Assembly (NCBI GenBank): GCA_902613615.1
Contig: CACMHQ010000002.1
Location: 80,028 to 144,027, forward strand
Direction of reading: 5' to 3'
DNA length: 64,000 bases
Source: an uncultured Candidatus Actinomarina sp.
GTDB taxonomy: Bacteria > Actinomycetota > Acidimicrobiia > Actinomarinales > Actinomarinaceae
The notes beneath the pieces were generated by a model. It searched no databases. It was not told where the DNA came from and worked only from the letters and a program-made list of their open reading frames with translations. Made by a program: the position numbers and the translations under genes. Shown piece by piece: positions 40,462-50,105 of this stretch. The first letter of the stretch is position 1. Every line of letters begins with the position of its first letter.

Positions 40462-41930
40462 GTGAAATTAGTGCAGCAATAGGTTTTAATTTAATTGTAA
40501 TTTCTCCAACCATTGCTTTAGTTGGTACAGCCTTGGTTCTTCTATTTTTTACAATCACTATTGAATCTAATGAAATTGTAAAAAAATCAATTACGTTTAT
40601 GGGAATGCTTATTACTTCTTTTTGTGTATTTTTAAAGTTTGGATTGTTTTTAGAGAATGGAGTAAGTTCATATTTCACTCAAAAAATATTATTAGACGAA
40701 TTTTCTCTGTTTGGTAATGTCTTAATTTCGCTTATTTTATTATTTAATTTTTTACCTATTTGGGACTCATCAAAACAATTAAAAGAAAAAACAACGGAGG
40801 CAATAATTCTCACTCTGATGAGTGCTTCTGGCTTTATGTTAATGGTGGACTCTGAAAATTTAATAATGTTATTTATTGGTTTGGAGATTGGTTCTATTAG
40901 TTTATATGCTCTGGCTGGTCTTAATAGAGGTGACAAGCTTAGTAACGAGGCTTCCCTAAAGTATTTCCTATTAGGATCACTCGCATCTTGTATATTGATT
41001 TATGGTGTCTCTTTAGTCTACGTATCTTTTTCAGTTTTTAGTGTTTACAACTTTGCCTTAGGTATCGCTTATGTTGGACCTGATTCTGTACCACTTACAA
41101 CATCAATTGGTGTTTTACTTATTTTTGTTGGTTTACTATTTAAAATTGCTGCTGCACCTTTTCAATCCTGGGCTCCTGATGTTTATCAAGGTTCACCAAC
41201 GGGATATGTTGGATTTATGTCTTCAATAGCTAAAGTTTCATCATTTATTGTTATTGCAAGACTTTGTTTGGTATCAATAAACTTTATTATCGAAGATTTC
41301 AATACCTTCTTTTTAATAGTTATTATTTCTTCTGCTCTCATTGGTTCTTTATTTGCATCTATACAAGAAGATTTAAAAAGGCTTTTAGCTTATAGTGGTG
41401 TAGTCCAGTCTGGATTTATTTTATCTGGAATTGTATCAGGTATAAATGGAACAAGCGCATCTATGTTTTATCTATTTACTTATATACTCCAATTAATCGG
41501 AATATTTATGATTTTTTCAATTATAAATGGAAAACTATCATCAGAATTTAACATTCAAAGTATTCAAGGATTATTTATAAATAATCGTTTTCTTGCCACT
41601 TCATTTTGTGTATTTATGTTTGGTTTAGCCGGAATTCCTCTAACAAGCGGATTCGTGTCGAAATTTATTTTGTTAACAAACTTATGGGCTTATGAAAAAT
41701 ATCTCCTTGTTTCAATTCTTTTATTGTCAACAGTTGCAGGATTTTATTTTTACTTGAGACCAATTTGGATAGCAACTATTGAAAAGACAGAAGCACCTAT
41801 AGAGACATTGAAATTAAAAAAATCAGAATATTTTGTAATTACAACTTTAGCGACACTGACTATATTTTTTGGCCTTGTTCCTAGCTCATTGATAAATATT
41901 TCAAGATGGATAGTACAGAGTTATCTATGA
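40458..41930 (+). CDS. nuoN: NADH-quinone oxidoreductase subunit N
   Basis: ND2-like motif SWAPDVYQGSPTGYVGFMSS. Last gene of operon 1. Confidence 0.9.
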   Translation: MSEISAAIGFNLIVISPTIALVGTALVLLFFTITIESNEIVKKSITFMGMLITSFCVFLKFGLFLENGVSSYFTQKILLDEFSLFGNVLISLILLFNFLPIWDSSKQLKEKTTEAIILTLMSASGFMLMVDSENLIMLFIGLEIGSISLYALAGLNRGDKLSNEASLKYFLLGSLASCILIYGVSLVYVSFSVFSVYNFALGIAYVGPDSVPLTTSIGVLLIFVGLLFKIAAAPFQSWAPDVYQGSPTGYVGFMSSIAKVSSFIVIARLCLVSINFIIEDFNTFFLIVIISSALIGSLFASIQEDLKRLLAYSGVVQSGFILSGIVSGINGTSASMFYLFTYILQLIGIFMIFSIINGKLSSEFNIQSIQGLFINNRFLATSFCVFMFGLAGIPLTSGFVSKFILLTNLWAYEKYLLVSILLLSTVAGFYFYLRPIWIATIEKTEAPIETLKLKKSEYFVITTLATLTIFFGLVPSSLINISRWIVQSYL

Positions 41931-41986
41931 ACCTAATTTTTACAAATAGTCCACCAGTTTTTCATCATCAAGGCGGATGGGATGAG

Positions 41987-42067
41987 ATGCTTATGTTTTT
42001 AATTCCAGCTCTTTTACTTACATGGCTAAGAAAAAAGCAGAATACTGATAGTAATAAAAATGAATAA
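41987..42067 (+). CDS. candidate small hydrophobic peptide (26 aa, MLMFLIPALLLTWLRKKQNTDSNKNE)
   Basis: Unannotated mini-ORF 56 nt after nuoN-1, with a purine-rich stretch (GGCGGATGGGATGAG) upstream. It encodes a single TM helix followed by a basic tail. Speculative. Confidence 0.2.
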   Translation: MLMFLIPALLLTWLRKKQNTDSNKNE

Positions 42068-42085
42068 ATTATATATAATAATTTT

Positions 42086-42805
42086 ATGATTGAAATTCAA
42101 AACCTAACAATGAAATACAAAAACGGTAAAGGTGTCTCAGATATTAGTATTTCTGTTGATAATGGTGAAGTAAAAGGGTTACTTGGTCCAAACGGTGCAG
42201 GAAAATCAACGACGATGAGAAGTTTAATGGGTTTTTTGAAACCCTCAGAAGGCTCTCTTTCAGTAGAGGGAATTGACACAATCGAAAATCCTGTTGAAGC
42301 AAAAAAAATAATTGGATATTTACCTGGAGATCCCCAACTTCCACAAAATCTTAGTCCTAAATCATTGTTTAAACTTGGTGCTGACATGAGAGGTCAAACT
42401 ACTGAATATGCAATGGAATTAGCAGAGAAGTTCGAACTTGAAGTAGATCAATCTTTAAAAGAACTATCTAAAGGAAACAGACAAAAAGTTGCCATAATCT
42501 TAGCTGTTCAGCATAAACCGAAGGCTTTAATTTTGGATGAGCCAACTTCTGGTTTAGACCCCTTCCACCAAAGGTCATTTTTTGAAATAGTTGAAGAATT
42601 TTCTAATAATGGCGCATCCATACTTTTGTCATCCCATATAATCTCTGAAGTTGAAAAAGTTGCTAAGTCAATGGCGGTTTTGAGAGATGGAGCCAAAGTT
42701 TATGATGAAATGTATGAAACATTTTTAAATAAGGCAAAAGAAGATGGAAAAGATTTAGAAGATGCTTTCTTTTCGTTTTATGACAGAAAGGAATCAAATG
42801 CTTAA
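42086..42805 (+). CDS. ABC transporter ATP-binding protein (ABC-2 exporter type)
   Basis: Walker A GPNGAGKST, signature LSKGNRQKVAI, Walker B LILDEPTSGLD. Confidence 0.88.
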   Translation: MIEIQNLTMKYKNGKGVSDISISVDNGEVKGLLGPNGAGKSTTMRSLMGFLKPSEGSLSVEGIDTIENPVEAKKIIGYLPGDPQLPQNLSPKSLFKLGADMRGQTTEYAMELAEKFELEVDQSLKELSKGNRQKVAIILAVQHKPKALILDEPTSGLDPFHQRSFFEIVEEFSNNGASILLSSHIISEVEKVAKSMAVLRDGAKVYDEMYETFLNKAKEDGKDLEDAFFSFYDRKESNA

Positions 42806-43622
42806 TTATCTTAAATATATGATCACTGTACCAAGAAAATTCATCTTAAATTGGGCAATATCAGGAGGGGCGTATCTATTGATACTTCCATTGGCTTTTG
42901 CAAATTCAAGCGTAGAGAGCCTCCTTATAGATACACAAAGAGAAGCTTTTAGAGGCATGTCTGAGAATGATACAGTTATGAATTTGCTCGGAATACAAGA
43001 TTGGGATAATGTTTTTACGCTAGAGGGAATGGTAACAACTTATTTCCTAGTTCCATTCGTACCGCTTTTAATTGGTACAGCTACGATCATACTTTTAAAT
43101 AAACTAGGTTCAAAAGCTGAAGAAGATGGAACGTTTGAATTTGTTGCAGCATTACCAATGACAAGATCAACTGTTTATTTATCACAAGCCATTCTTACAG
43201 TCCTCTTTGGTTTATTTGTTACTTTTGCATGGACAAACATTATGTTTATTCCAATAGCAACCATGGAACTTAGCCAGACACTTGATTATGGACCTCTAAT
43301 GAAAGCAACGCTACAAGCTGCATTAGCTGGTGTTAGTTTTGGAGCATTAGGATTTGCTCTTGGAACTTTCACAGGTAAGTCCTCAATGGCATGGGCTTTT
43401 GGAGGTGGCTTAATGGCATTTGAATATTTAACAAACTCATTAGCTGGGACAAATGATTTCTTTCAATGGTTCGATGATAATCTCTCATCGTTTGGAGCAT
43501 ACGGAAATCCTTATCAAGATGGTTTAATTGGTGAAGATATATTTCTTGTAGTTGGAAAAACTTTAATATTTTTGGCAATTGGATTTATTGGTTTTAGAAA
43601 TAGGTCGTTAAATCTTCGATAA
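42798..43622 (+). CDS. ABC-2 family transporter permease
   Basis: 6-TM permease. The probable start is the ATG overlapping the ATPase stop (ATGCTTAA); the longest ORF starts at 42762. Confidence 0.75.
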   Translation: MLNYLKYMITVPRKFILNWAISGGAYLLILPLAFANSSVESLLIDTQREAFRGMSENDTVMNLLGIQDWDNVFTLEGMVTTYFLVPFVPLLIGTATIILLNKLGSKAEEDGTFEFVAALPMTRSTVYLSQAILTVLFGLFVTFAWTNIMFIPIATMELSQTLDYGPLMKATLQAALAGVSFGALGFALGTFTGKSSMAWAFGGGLMAFEYLTNSLAGTNDFFQWFDDNLSSFGAYGNPYQDGLIGEDIFLVVGKTLIFLAIGFIGFRNRSLNLR

Positions 43623-43662
43623 ATTTTTACATACTAAACTTTCAATAGCTTAAAATAAAAAT

Positions 43663-44094
43663 ATGCCGATTTATTCAAGAACAATTACTGTAAAAGGAGA
43701 TATTGAGTCTGCTTTCAATTTTGTTGCTGATTTTAGAAATCTTGATCAATGGGATACAGCTAGTACAGCTCAGCTAATTACTAATGAGCCAATTAGAGAA
43801 GGATCGATATTCAAAGCAAAAACATCTTTTAATGATAGAGAAATGATTATCGATTACGAGGTAATTGAATGGGGCGCACCATTGAGAGCCTCATTAAAAG
43901 CAGATACTAAAAACTTTACGCTAATCGATACAATATTTTTATCAGCAAACTCAAGAGGTACTGAACTTACTTATACTGTGAACGTTAAATATAAAGGGAT
44001 TTTTATAATAGTTGGATTATTTTTTGGTCCTATATGGACAAAATTAATGAATACACAAATCAAAAACCTTGAGGCAGTTCTTGGTCAGGCCTAA
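43663..44094 (+). CDS. SRPBCC-family (polyketide cyclase/dehydrase-like, START/Bet v1 fold) protein
   Basis: 143 aa. N-terminal IYSRTITVKGDIESAFNFVADFRNLDQWD is typical of SRPBCC ligand-binding proteins. Confidence 0.65.
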   Translation: MPIYSRTITVKGDIESAFNFVADFRNLDQWDTASTAQLITNEPIREGSIFKAKTSFNDREMIIDYEVIEWGAPLRASLKADTKNFTLIDTIFLSANSRGTELTYTVNVKYKGIFIIVGLFFGPIWTKLMNTQIKNLEAVLGQA

Positions 44095-44611
44095 ATTAGT
44101 TTTTTTAATAGTATTTCTTCTTACAATAAGCTGTCAATCAAGCGAGAATATGTATATGAGTGGAGAAATTAATGAATTTCCTTCAATTGAAGGAAACAAT
44201 TTAAATAAAGAAAAAAAAGTTGTTCCAGACGATTTTGTGGATAAAGATCTAATAATCATTGTTGCCTTTCAACAATGGCATCAAGGCCTAGTTGATGAAT
44301 CAATTAATCTTCTTGAAAATAATAAAATGGATTTAACTCACAATATTATTGAAGTTCCAACAATTAGAAAAACAAATAAGTTAAACGAAATATATTTAGA
44401 TGGTGTAATGAGAGCTGGTATTAGAGACGATAGAATTAGAAATCGCACGATAACTGCTTATTTAAATAAAGAAGAATTTAAGGAAGATCTTGATATACCA
44501 AATGAAGAAACAATTTATTGGTTTTTAATAAAAGAGGGAACCAGCAAAATTTTGATCCAAGGTGAAGGGATTATCACTGAGAAAGAATTAGAACTAATTC
44601 AATCTTATTAG
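44069..44611 (+). CDS. hypothetical secreted protein / lipoprotein
   Basis: N-terminal signal peptide with Cys (KLVFLIVFLLTISCQSS). No recognisable domain. Confidence 0.5.
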   Translation: MRQFLVRPKLVFLIVFLLTISCQSSENMYMSGEINEFPSIEGNNLNKEKKVVPDDFVDKDLIIIVAFQQWHQGLVDESINLLENNKMDLTHNIIEVPTIRKTNKLNEIYLDGVMRAGIRDDRIRNRTITAYLNKEEFKEDLDIPNEETIYWFLIKEGTSKILIQGEGIITEKELELIQSY

Positions 44612-44988
44612 ATATTAATTGTTGCCAAATAAATAACTACTAAAGCACTTAATAACATTACCCCATTCAACATACCTCTTAATGCAGAACTTAATTTTGA
44701 AGCAAAGCTATGTAGCCCTATAACAATTCCTGCAAAAATAAGAACTAATAGTTCAGTTCCCCACGTTGACATATCATTGTCAATGATTAGAAAAATTCCT
44801 ACACCACTTAATAAAGAAAAAGAATAAGAGCTCCAAGAAAGAGTGCTAAATGTTTTTCTTAAGGTATTAGTTGTATTTTTTGTTGGATCAATTTTGTATA
44901 ATTTTGGCGCAAACATTGCCCACATTACCATTGACCCTAACCATATTGAGAGTCCAAGCATGTGAGAAAATTTTAAAATATTTTCCAT
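44608..44988 (-). CDS. hypothetical 4-TM membrane protein
   Basis: 126 aa hydrophobic ORF, tail-to-tail with the previous gene. Confidence 0.5.
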   Translation of the reverse strand: MENILKFSHMLGLSIWLGSMVMWAMFAPKLYKIDPTKNTTNTLRKTFSTLSWSSYSFSLLSGVGIFLIIDNDMSTWGTELLVLIFAGIVIGLHSFASKLSSALRGMLNGVMLLSALVVIYLATINI

Positions 44989-45040
44989 ATTTATATCTTA
45001 CAAAAGGATAAAGATAAAAATAAAAAGGTAATATAAAAAT

Positions 45041-45643
45041 ATGGCAAAACTTTATTTTTATTACGCAGCAATGAATGCCGGAAAAAGTACAAACCTTCTT
45101 CAATCAGCTCATAACTACGAAGAAAGAAACATGAAAACATTAATTTTTACCCCTAAATTAGATGATCGATTTGGAGAAGGCAAAGTTACATCAAGAATTG
45201 GTCTAGAAAGAGATGTTGAGAGATTCGAGGGTGAAGATGATTTATATGTTTGGACCGCACATGAACATCAGAGAGAAAAAGTTTCATGCATTTTAGTTGA
45301 TGAAGCCCAGTTCTTAACACCTAAACAAGTATTACAGTTATCTCTTGTTGTTGATAAATTGAAAATACCCGTTCTTTGTTATGGTTTAAGAACTGATTTT
45401 AGGGGAGAGCCATTTCCCGGTAGTATCTATCTTCTTGGGTGGGCCGATGAGTTAATCGAACTAAAAACTATTTGTAAATCAGGAAAGAAAGCAACGTTTA
45501 ACGCTCGTCTTGATGAAAATGGAAATAGAGTAACTGAAGGTGATCAAATTTCTATTGGTTTGAACTATGAGGCACAGGCAAGAGACGTTTTTGAACTAGA
45601 TAAAGTTTCACCAATAGATTATCAAATTCCAGAAGCTAATTAA
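45041..45643 (+). CDS. tdk: thymidine kinase
   Basis: P-loop [17 protein letters not shown], Zn-ribbon region, [14 protein letters not shown]. Length 200 aa. Confidence 0.92.
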   Translation: MAKLYFYYAAMNAGKSTNLLQSAHNYEERNMKTLIFTPKLDDRFGEGKVTSRIGLERDVERFEGEDDLYVWTAHEHQREKVSCILVDEAQFLTPKQVLQLSLVVDKLKIPVLCYGLRTDFRGEPFPGSIYLLGWADELIELKTICKSGKKATFNARLDENGNRVTEGDQISIGLNYEAQARDVFELDKVSPIDYQIPEAN

Positions 45644-45644
45644 T

Positions 45645-46124
45645 TTAATTTTGTTCTAGTGGGGGTTCAGGTCTTGTTGCCAACCATACACAAAGAGCAA
45701 TTCCAAAAGATCCAAATATTAAGTCCCCAACTAATGAAAATACTAAAAATATAGTTAAGACAAAAGTAGGAATTATCATCAAAATAGCAAGTTTTTTAGC
45801 TCTTCTTGACAGTCCTCTATAAGTCTTCCAATTTAATATCATTGGTCCAAAAAGTCTGTGATTTTCAAGCCAAGCAGTAAATCTATCAGAACATTTTGAA
45901 AATGCCCATGCTGCAATAAGAATAAATACAGTTGTTGGAAGGCCAGGAATTAAAATCCCTACATATCCTAGAGATAAAGACAAAATTCCTAAAGTAAAAA
46001 AGAAAGGTTTGTGAATTTTCAAGAATACTTTTGGAAAGAACCTATAAGTAATAATTAATGCAAATATACCAGCACCTATATAGAGAAATAGATTTCTTGG
46101 TAATTGTTGTAAAAAATCTTCCAT
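45645..46124 (-). CDS. DUF454 (YbaN-like) inner membrane protein
   Basis: GILIPGLPTTVFILIAAWAFSKCSDRF...WL.NHRLFGP is the YbaN/DUF454 signature. Confidence 0.7.
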   Translation of the reverse strand: MEDFLQQLPRNLFLYIGAGIFALIITYRFFPKVFLKIHKPFFFTLGILSLSLGYVGILIPGLPTTVFILIAAWAFSKCSDRFTAWLENHRLFGPMILNWKTYRGLSRRAKKLAILMIIPTFVLTIFLVFSLVGDLIFGSFGIALCVWLATRPEPPLEQN

Positions 46125-46152
46125 ACTTAATTATTGAATATATTTAAATTAA

Positions 46153-46863
46153 TCATAAATTGGTAGAGCTTACAAAGACTCTTTTTGCTAGAAATTTATC
46201 TATTCCAAAATATTTTTTGTCGTCAGTACTTATCGTTATTGAATAATCTCCAGAATCTGCGACCTTTATTTTTTTCCCTGGTGTCATATCGTGGTTTTGT
46301 AAAAAAGAGATTGTTTCATTATCTCTTTTTAATTCCTCTGTAATCTTTTCAATAAAGTAATTGTTATCTGCTTTAGCATCTAAGATTGGATACATTTTTT
46401 TTTCTTTGTAATTTGAGTAAGGAATTGGATTCCCAAAGGGACCTGTAGTTGGATTTCCCAAGATTTCTAGCATAGCTTTTTCAGTAAGAGGACTAAGCAC
46501 ATTTTCCCATTTGGATGCTTCTTTATAAACATCTGCCCAAGGAAGATTTAAAACCTCTGATAAGAATCTTTCAGTAATTCGATGTCGTCTAATAACAATC
46601 TTTGCAAGACAATCTCCGCTTTCAGTAAGCTTTAAATTTTCTCCAAAATCTACCAAACCACTATTTTGCATTCTTCCAATGACTTGAGAAACATTTGCAC
46701 GACTAGTTTGCAGCCAGTCAGCCACCCTAGTCTTTTTTAAATCTATACCAACTTCTTGTAAATGATAGATTGCTTCAGCATGAGAAAAAAATGAAACTGG
46801 GAAGTTTTCAATTAGCTCTTGACCTTCTCGTTCATGAGATAGTATGTTATGAGGTTTACCCAT
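46153..46863 (-). CDS. DtxR/IdeR/MntR-family metal-dependent transcriptional regulator with C-terminal SH3-like domain
   Basis: RRHRITERFL...EASKWENVLSPLTEKAMLEILGNPTTGPFGNPIP aligns with DtxR (RKHRLAERLL...EACRWEHVMS...SPFGNPIP). Confidence 0.85.
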   Translation of the reverse strand: MGKPHNILSHEREGQELIENFPVSFFSHAEAIYHLQEVGIDLKKTRVADWLQTSRANVSQVIGRMQNSGLVDFGENLKLTESGDCLAKIVIRRHRITERFLSEVLNLPWADVYKEASKWENVLSPLTEKAMLEILGNPTTGPFGNPIPYSNYKEKKMYPILDAKADNNYFIEKITEELKRDNETISFLQNHDMTPGKKIKVADSGDYSITISTDDKKYFGIDKFLAKRVFVSSTNL

Positions 46864-46866
46864 ATA

Positions 46867-46892
46867 AATATGTTAACAGGTGTTAACATATT
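46867..46892. promoter_or_regulatory. 26-bp palindrome AATATGTTAACA-GG-TGTTAACATATT, 4 nt upstream of the DtxR-family gene start
   Basis: Perfect 12-bp arms read from the sequence, containing two HpaI (GTTAAC) cores. Candidate autoregulatory operator. Confidence 0.45.
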
Positions 46893-46909
46893 AGCTATTT
46901 AATAATATT

Positions 46910-47155
46910 TCAAAAAATTGGACAACCGACTACAGCAGTTAATGCTACAAATGCAATCCAAAGCAGAGGTTCAAATTTTGTTATAATTTTTGGATTATTG
47001 TTAATTTCTTTTATGTTATTATCCATTTCTTTTATTTTAACATTGCTGTAAAATAAAAATATGGCATGTCCTTTCGCATATTTATTAGTTGCCTTTATGT
47101 GGGTTGTGCGTAACGGTGGAAAAATATTCCCTCGTGCATTAATTAAGCAGTTCAC
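46910..47155 (-). CDS. hypothetical small membrane protein (81 aa ORF; the real product may be the 38-aa C-terminal part from the internal Met)
   Basis: ORF with a C-terminal TM helix (LLWIAFVALTAVVGCPIF), located upstream of the regulator on the same strand. Weak support. Confidence 0.3.
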   Translation of the reverse strand: MNCLINARGNIFPPLRTTHIKATNKYAKGHAIFLFYSNVKIKEMDNNIKEINNNPKIITKFEPLLWIAFVALTAVVGCPIF

Positions 47156-47294
47156 AAAAGCTTAAGTCTTAAATTTCTTACGCCTTATATTTTAAAGTTA
47201 AATTCTTAAAAGTTTTTAAATCTGATCTATAGAAAAAAATATTAAAAATTTTTTTATGATTACAGTTTATATTTTTAACTTTACTTAACGAATT

Positions 47295-47314
47295 TTGTTA
47301 ACTACTATTAACAA
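47295..47314. promoter_or_regulatory. TTGTTAAC-N5-TTAACAA inverted repeat 22 nt upstream of the Fe3+ ABC operon start
   Basis: Shares the TGTTAAC half-site with the palindrome in front of the DtxR-family gene. Candidate metalloregulator operator. Confidence 0.35.
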
Positions 47315-47335
47315 CATATTTAAGAAGGGTAAAAA

Positions 47336-48436
47336 ATGAAAAAACAATCTGTTGCATTATTTTCTTTACTTGTGTTGGTATTTATAGGGTGTGCTGGTCA
47401 AGATGGAGAACAAGGTCCACCAGGCGAAGCAGGTCCACCAGGTGAAGTATCTCAAGAGAATATTGACTCTGCTGTAGAGGCAGCTCTAGCAGAACCAGAG
47501 GCAGAAGTCGGTGGAACGCTTGTGGTATACAGTGGTAGAAAAGAAAGCTTAGTTTCTGATTTAATCGCAGAATTTGAATCTAAATTTGGTGTTGATGTTG
47601 AAGTTAGATATGCAAAGAGTACTGCCCTTGCCGGAACATTAGAACTTGAAGGAGCAATTAGCCCAGCTGACGTATTCTTTTCACAAGATCCGGTAAGCCT
47701 TGGTGTTGTTGCAAAAGCAGGCCTATTTGATAAATTACCAGCTGACATACTAGACAATGTTCCAACTTGGGCTATTGATAAAAATAGTTTTTGGGTTGGT
47801 ACATCAGGAAGATCAAGATCATTAGTAATTGATACTAGAGATGTAAGTGATGCAGAGATGCCAAGTGATATTTATGGTCTTGCAGATGAAAAGTTTAGAA
47901 ATAGATTAGGACTAGCACCAACAAACTCATCATTCATTGCAATGATTGCTTGCATGATTGAATCTGATGGTGAAGAAAAAGTTCTAGAGTGGCTAACCGC
48001 TATTAATGGACTTGGATATACAGAATATCCAAAGAACTCTCCACAAGTTGCTGCAGCAGATGCTGGTGAATTAGACATTGGAATGATTAATCACTATTAC
48101 ACATTGAGGGTAGTTGCTGAAAACGGAGATAGTCCTGTTAAAAATGTCTACTTAGATGGTGGTTGTGGTGCTATGGTTATGCCAGCGGGTGCAGGTATTT
48201 TGTCTACAAGTCAAAACAAACCTGCTGCTTTAGCATTTATTGAGTTTTTACACTCAACAAGTGCCCAAGAGCATTTTACTAATTCTGTTTATGAGTTCCC
48301 TCTCGCTGCAGGTGTAACACCAAACGTTTTACTCCCAGATATTGACAGTTTAAATTCTCCATCAAATTTGAACTGGTCAGCGCTATCACTTTGGCAGGAA
48401 AAAGCTGTCGAGTTGATTGCGCAAGCAGGTTTCTAG
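47336..48436 (+). CDS. Fe3+ ABC transporter substrate-binding lipoprotein (FbpA/FutA/AfuA family)
   Basis: Lipobox (FIGCAG), short collagen-like GPPGEAGPPGE linker, and VVYSGRKESL...DVFFSQDP as in ferric-binding proteins. Followed by a fused two-domain permease and an ATPase. Confidence 0.75.
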   Translation: MKKQSVALFSLLVLVFIGCAGQDGEQGPPGEAGPPGEVSQENIDSAVEAALAEPEAEVGGTLVVYSGRKESLVSDLIAEFESKFGVDVEVRYAKSTALAGTLELEGAISPADVFFSQDPVSLGVVAKAGLFDKLPADILDNVPTWAIDKNSFWVGTSGRSRSLVIDTRDVSDAEMPSDIYGLADEKFRNRLGLAPTNSSFIAMIACMIESDGEEKVLEWLTAINGLGYTEYPKNSPQVAAADAGELDIGMINHYYTLRVVAENGDSPVKNVYLDGGCGAMVMPAGAGILSTSQNKPAALAFIEFLHSTSAQEHFTNSVYEFPLAAGVTPNVLLPDIDSLNSPSNLNWSALSLWQEKAVELIAQAGF

Positions 48437-48546
48437 TCAGTCATTAATTAACTAGTAAGCTCGAAACAAAATAGAATTCTGGCCAAGGGTTTCTTTGGCC
48501 AGAATTTTTCTTTTAATAAGTCAAAATCAAAGATATTCTTAGTATT

Positions 48547-50103
48547 GTGAAGATCCCAAAAAGTCTAATTTCGATAAATTCGTTTATTTTAATTACTTTT
48601 CTAATGCCTGTAATTTATATGCTTTGGCGATTTATTAATTTTTCAAGATCACTGTCAAGTTTCTTTCAATCATGGGATGTTTTTGGATTACTATTTAATA
48701 CAATTGCAGTATTTATTGCAGTTGTAATTTCAAGTCTTATTGTTGGTTTATTGATATCGATTGTGACAATTAGGTTTGAGTTTGCAGGGTCAAAAATTTT
48801 ATTTACCCTATGTGCACTACCGTTAGTAATTCCATCATATATAGGAGCATTAACTTATATTTCTGCATTCTCTCCAAAAGGGTTATTTGTACAACTTTTT
48901 AATAGTTTCGGATTAGAAGAAATCGCAGGTATAGATGGATTTTTAGGTAGTTGGCTAGTTCTAACTTTATTCACATATCCATATGTTCAACTAATTTGTA
49001 GTAGCGCACTGAGAAATCTTGACTCAACAGTTGAAGATGCTGCTAGATCACTAGGAGTGAGTCAGCTCAAAGTCTATACAAATGTTGTAATACCGAGGTT
49101 AAAGAAACCGATAATTTATTCAGGTCTGTTAGTAGGCCTTTATGTCATATCTGATTTTGGTGCTGTTTCTTTGATGAGATATTCAACTGTAACAAAAGCA
49201 ATATATGCATATTACGAATTTAGTATTCTAGGAGATCCTGTTATTTTTTACTCAAGTCTTCTTATTGTGTTGGCCTTGATTATCAGTTTTGTTCAAAGAG
49301 GTTCAGCAACCTCTAGATCTGCGAAAGTATCGGGAACACCAAAAGTTCCAAAAAAAATAAAATTAGAGCGTGGTGGAAAAATGCTTACATATGGCTTTCT
49401 TGGCTTTGTGATCATGCTTGGACTGATTATTCCAATATCTGTATTAAGTTTTTGGTTATTACGTGGAATCTATTACGGAAATGATGTCAGCTCATCGTTG
49501 CCCGGAATATTTGGTTCATTTTCTGCGGCGATAGTAACTTCCATATTTGCCATCATTATTTCAATGCCAATTGTGATTTTGATTTCTCAATATAAATCAA
49601 AATTTGGAGACATTATTGAAAAATTAATGTTATCACTTTATGGGTTGCCACATATTGCTGTTGGAGTTTCAATACTGTTTATTTCTGTAAAAATATTTCC
49701 AAGTATATATCAAAGTTTTTTCGCACTGGTTGTTTCCTATTTAATTGTATTTATTCCACAAGCGATAGGAGGTGGCCAGGCCTCAATGGAACAAGTAAAA
49801 TCGTCATATATTGAGGCAAGTCTTGGCCTGGGCTTGTCTAGAATTGAAACTTTTCAAAAGATTACATTTCCATTAATTTATAAAGGATTATTTGCTGGTG
49901 GAGCACTGGTATTTCTTTCAACTATGAAAGAACTTCCACAAACACTTTTATTAAGACCAACAGAATTTAGTACAATGGCTGTTGATGTATGGTCTTTTGC
50001 TTCAGAAGCACTCTTTACACAAGCTGCATTTTCTGCCTTTATATTGTTGGCAATAAGTGCAATCCCTACTTATATATTAAGTACAAGGAATTTAACAGTA
50101 TAA
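48547..50103 (+). CDS. iron ABC transporter permease (fused two-domain, FbpB-like)
   Basis: 518 aa with two ABC TM-domain repeats, each containing an EAA-like loop (EDAARSLGVSQ, IEASLGLGLSR). Confidence 0.8.
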   Translation: MKIPKSLISINSFILITFLMPVIYMLWRFINFSRSLSSFFQSWDVFGLLFNTIAVFIAVVISSLIVGLLISIVTIRFEFAGSKILFTLCALPLVIPSYIGALTYISAFSPKGLFVQLFNSFGLEEIAGIDGFLGSWLVLTLFTYPYVQLICSSALRNLDSTVEDAARSLGVSQLKVYTNVVIPRLKKPIIYSGLLVGLYVISDFGAVSLMRYSTVTKAIYAYYEFSILGDPVIFYSSLLIVLALIISFVQRGSATSRSAKVSGTPKVPKKIKLERGGKMLTYGFLGFVIMLGLIIPISVLSFWLLRGIYYGNDVSSSLPGIFGSFSAAIVTSIFAIIISMPIVILISQYKSKFGDIIEKLMLSLYGLPHIAVGVSILFISVKIFPSIYQSFFALVVSYLIVFIPQAIGGGQASMEQVKSSYIEASLGLGLSRIETFQKITFPLIYKGLFAGGALVFLSTMKELPQTLLLRPTEFSTMAVDVWSFASEALFTQAAFSAFILLAISAIPTYILSTRNLTV

Positions 50104-50105
50104 AT

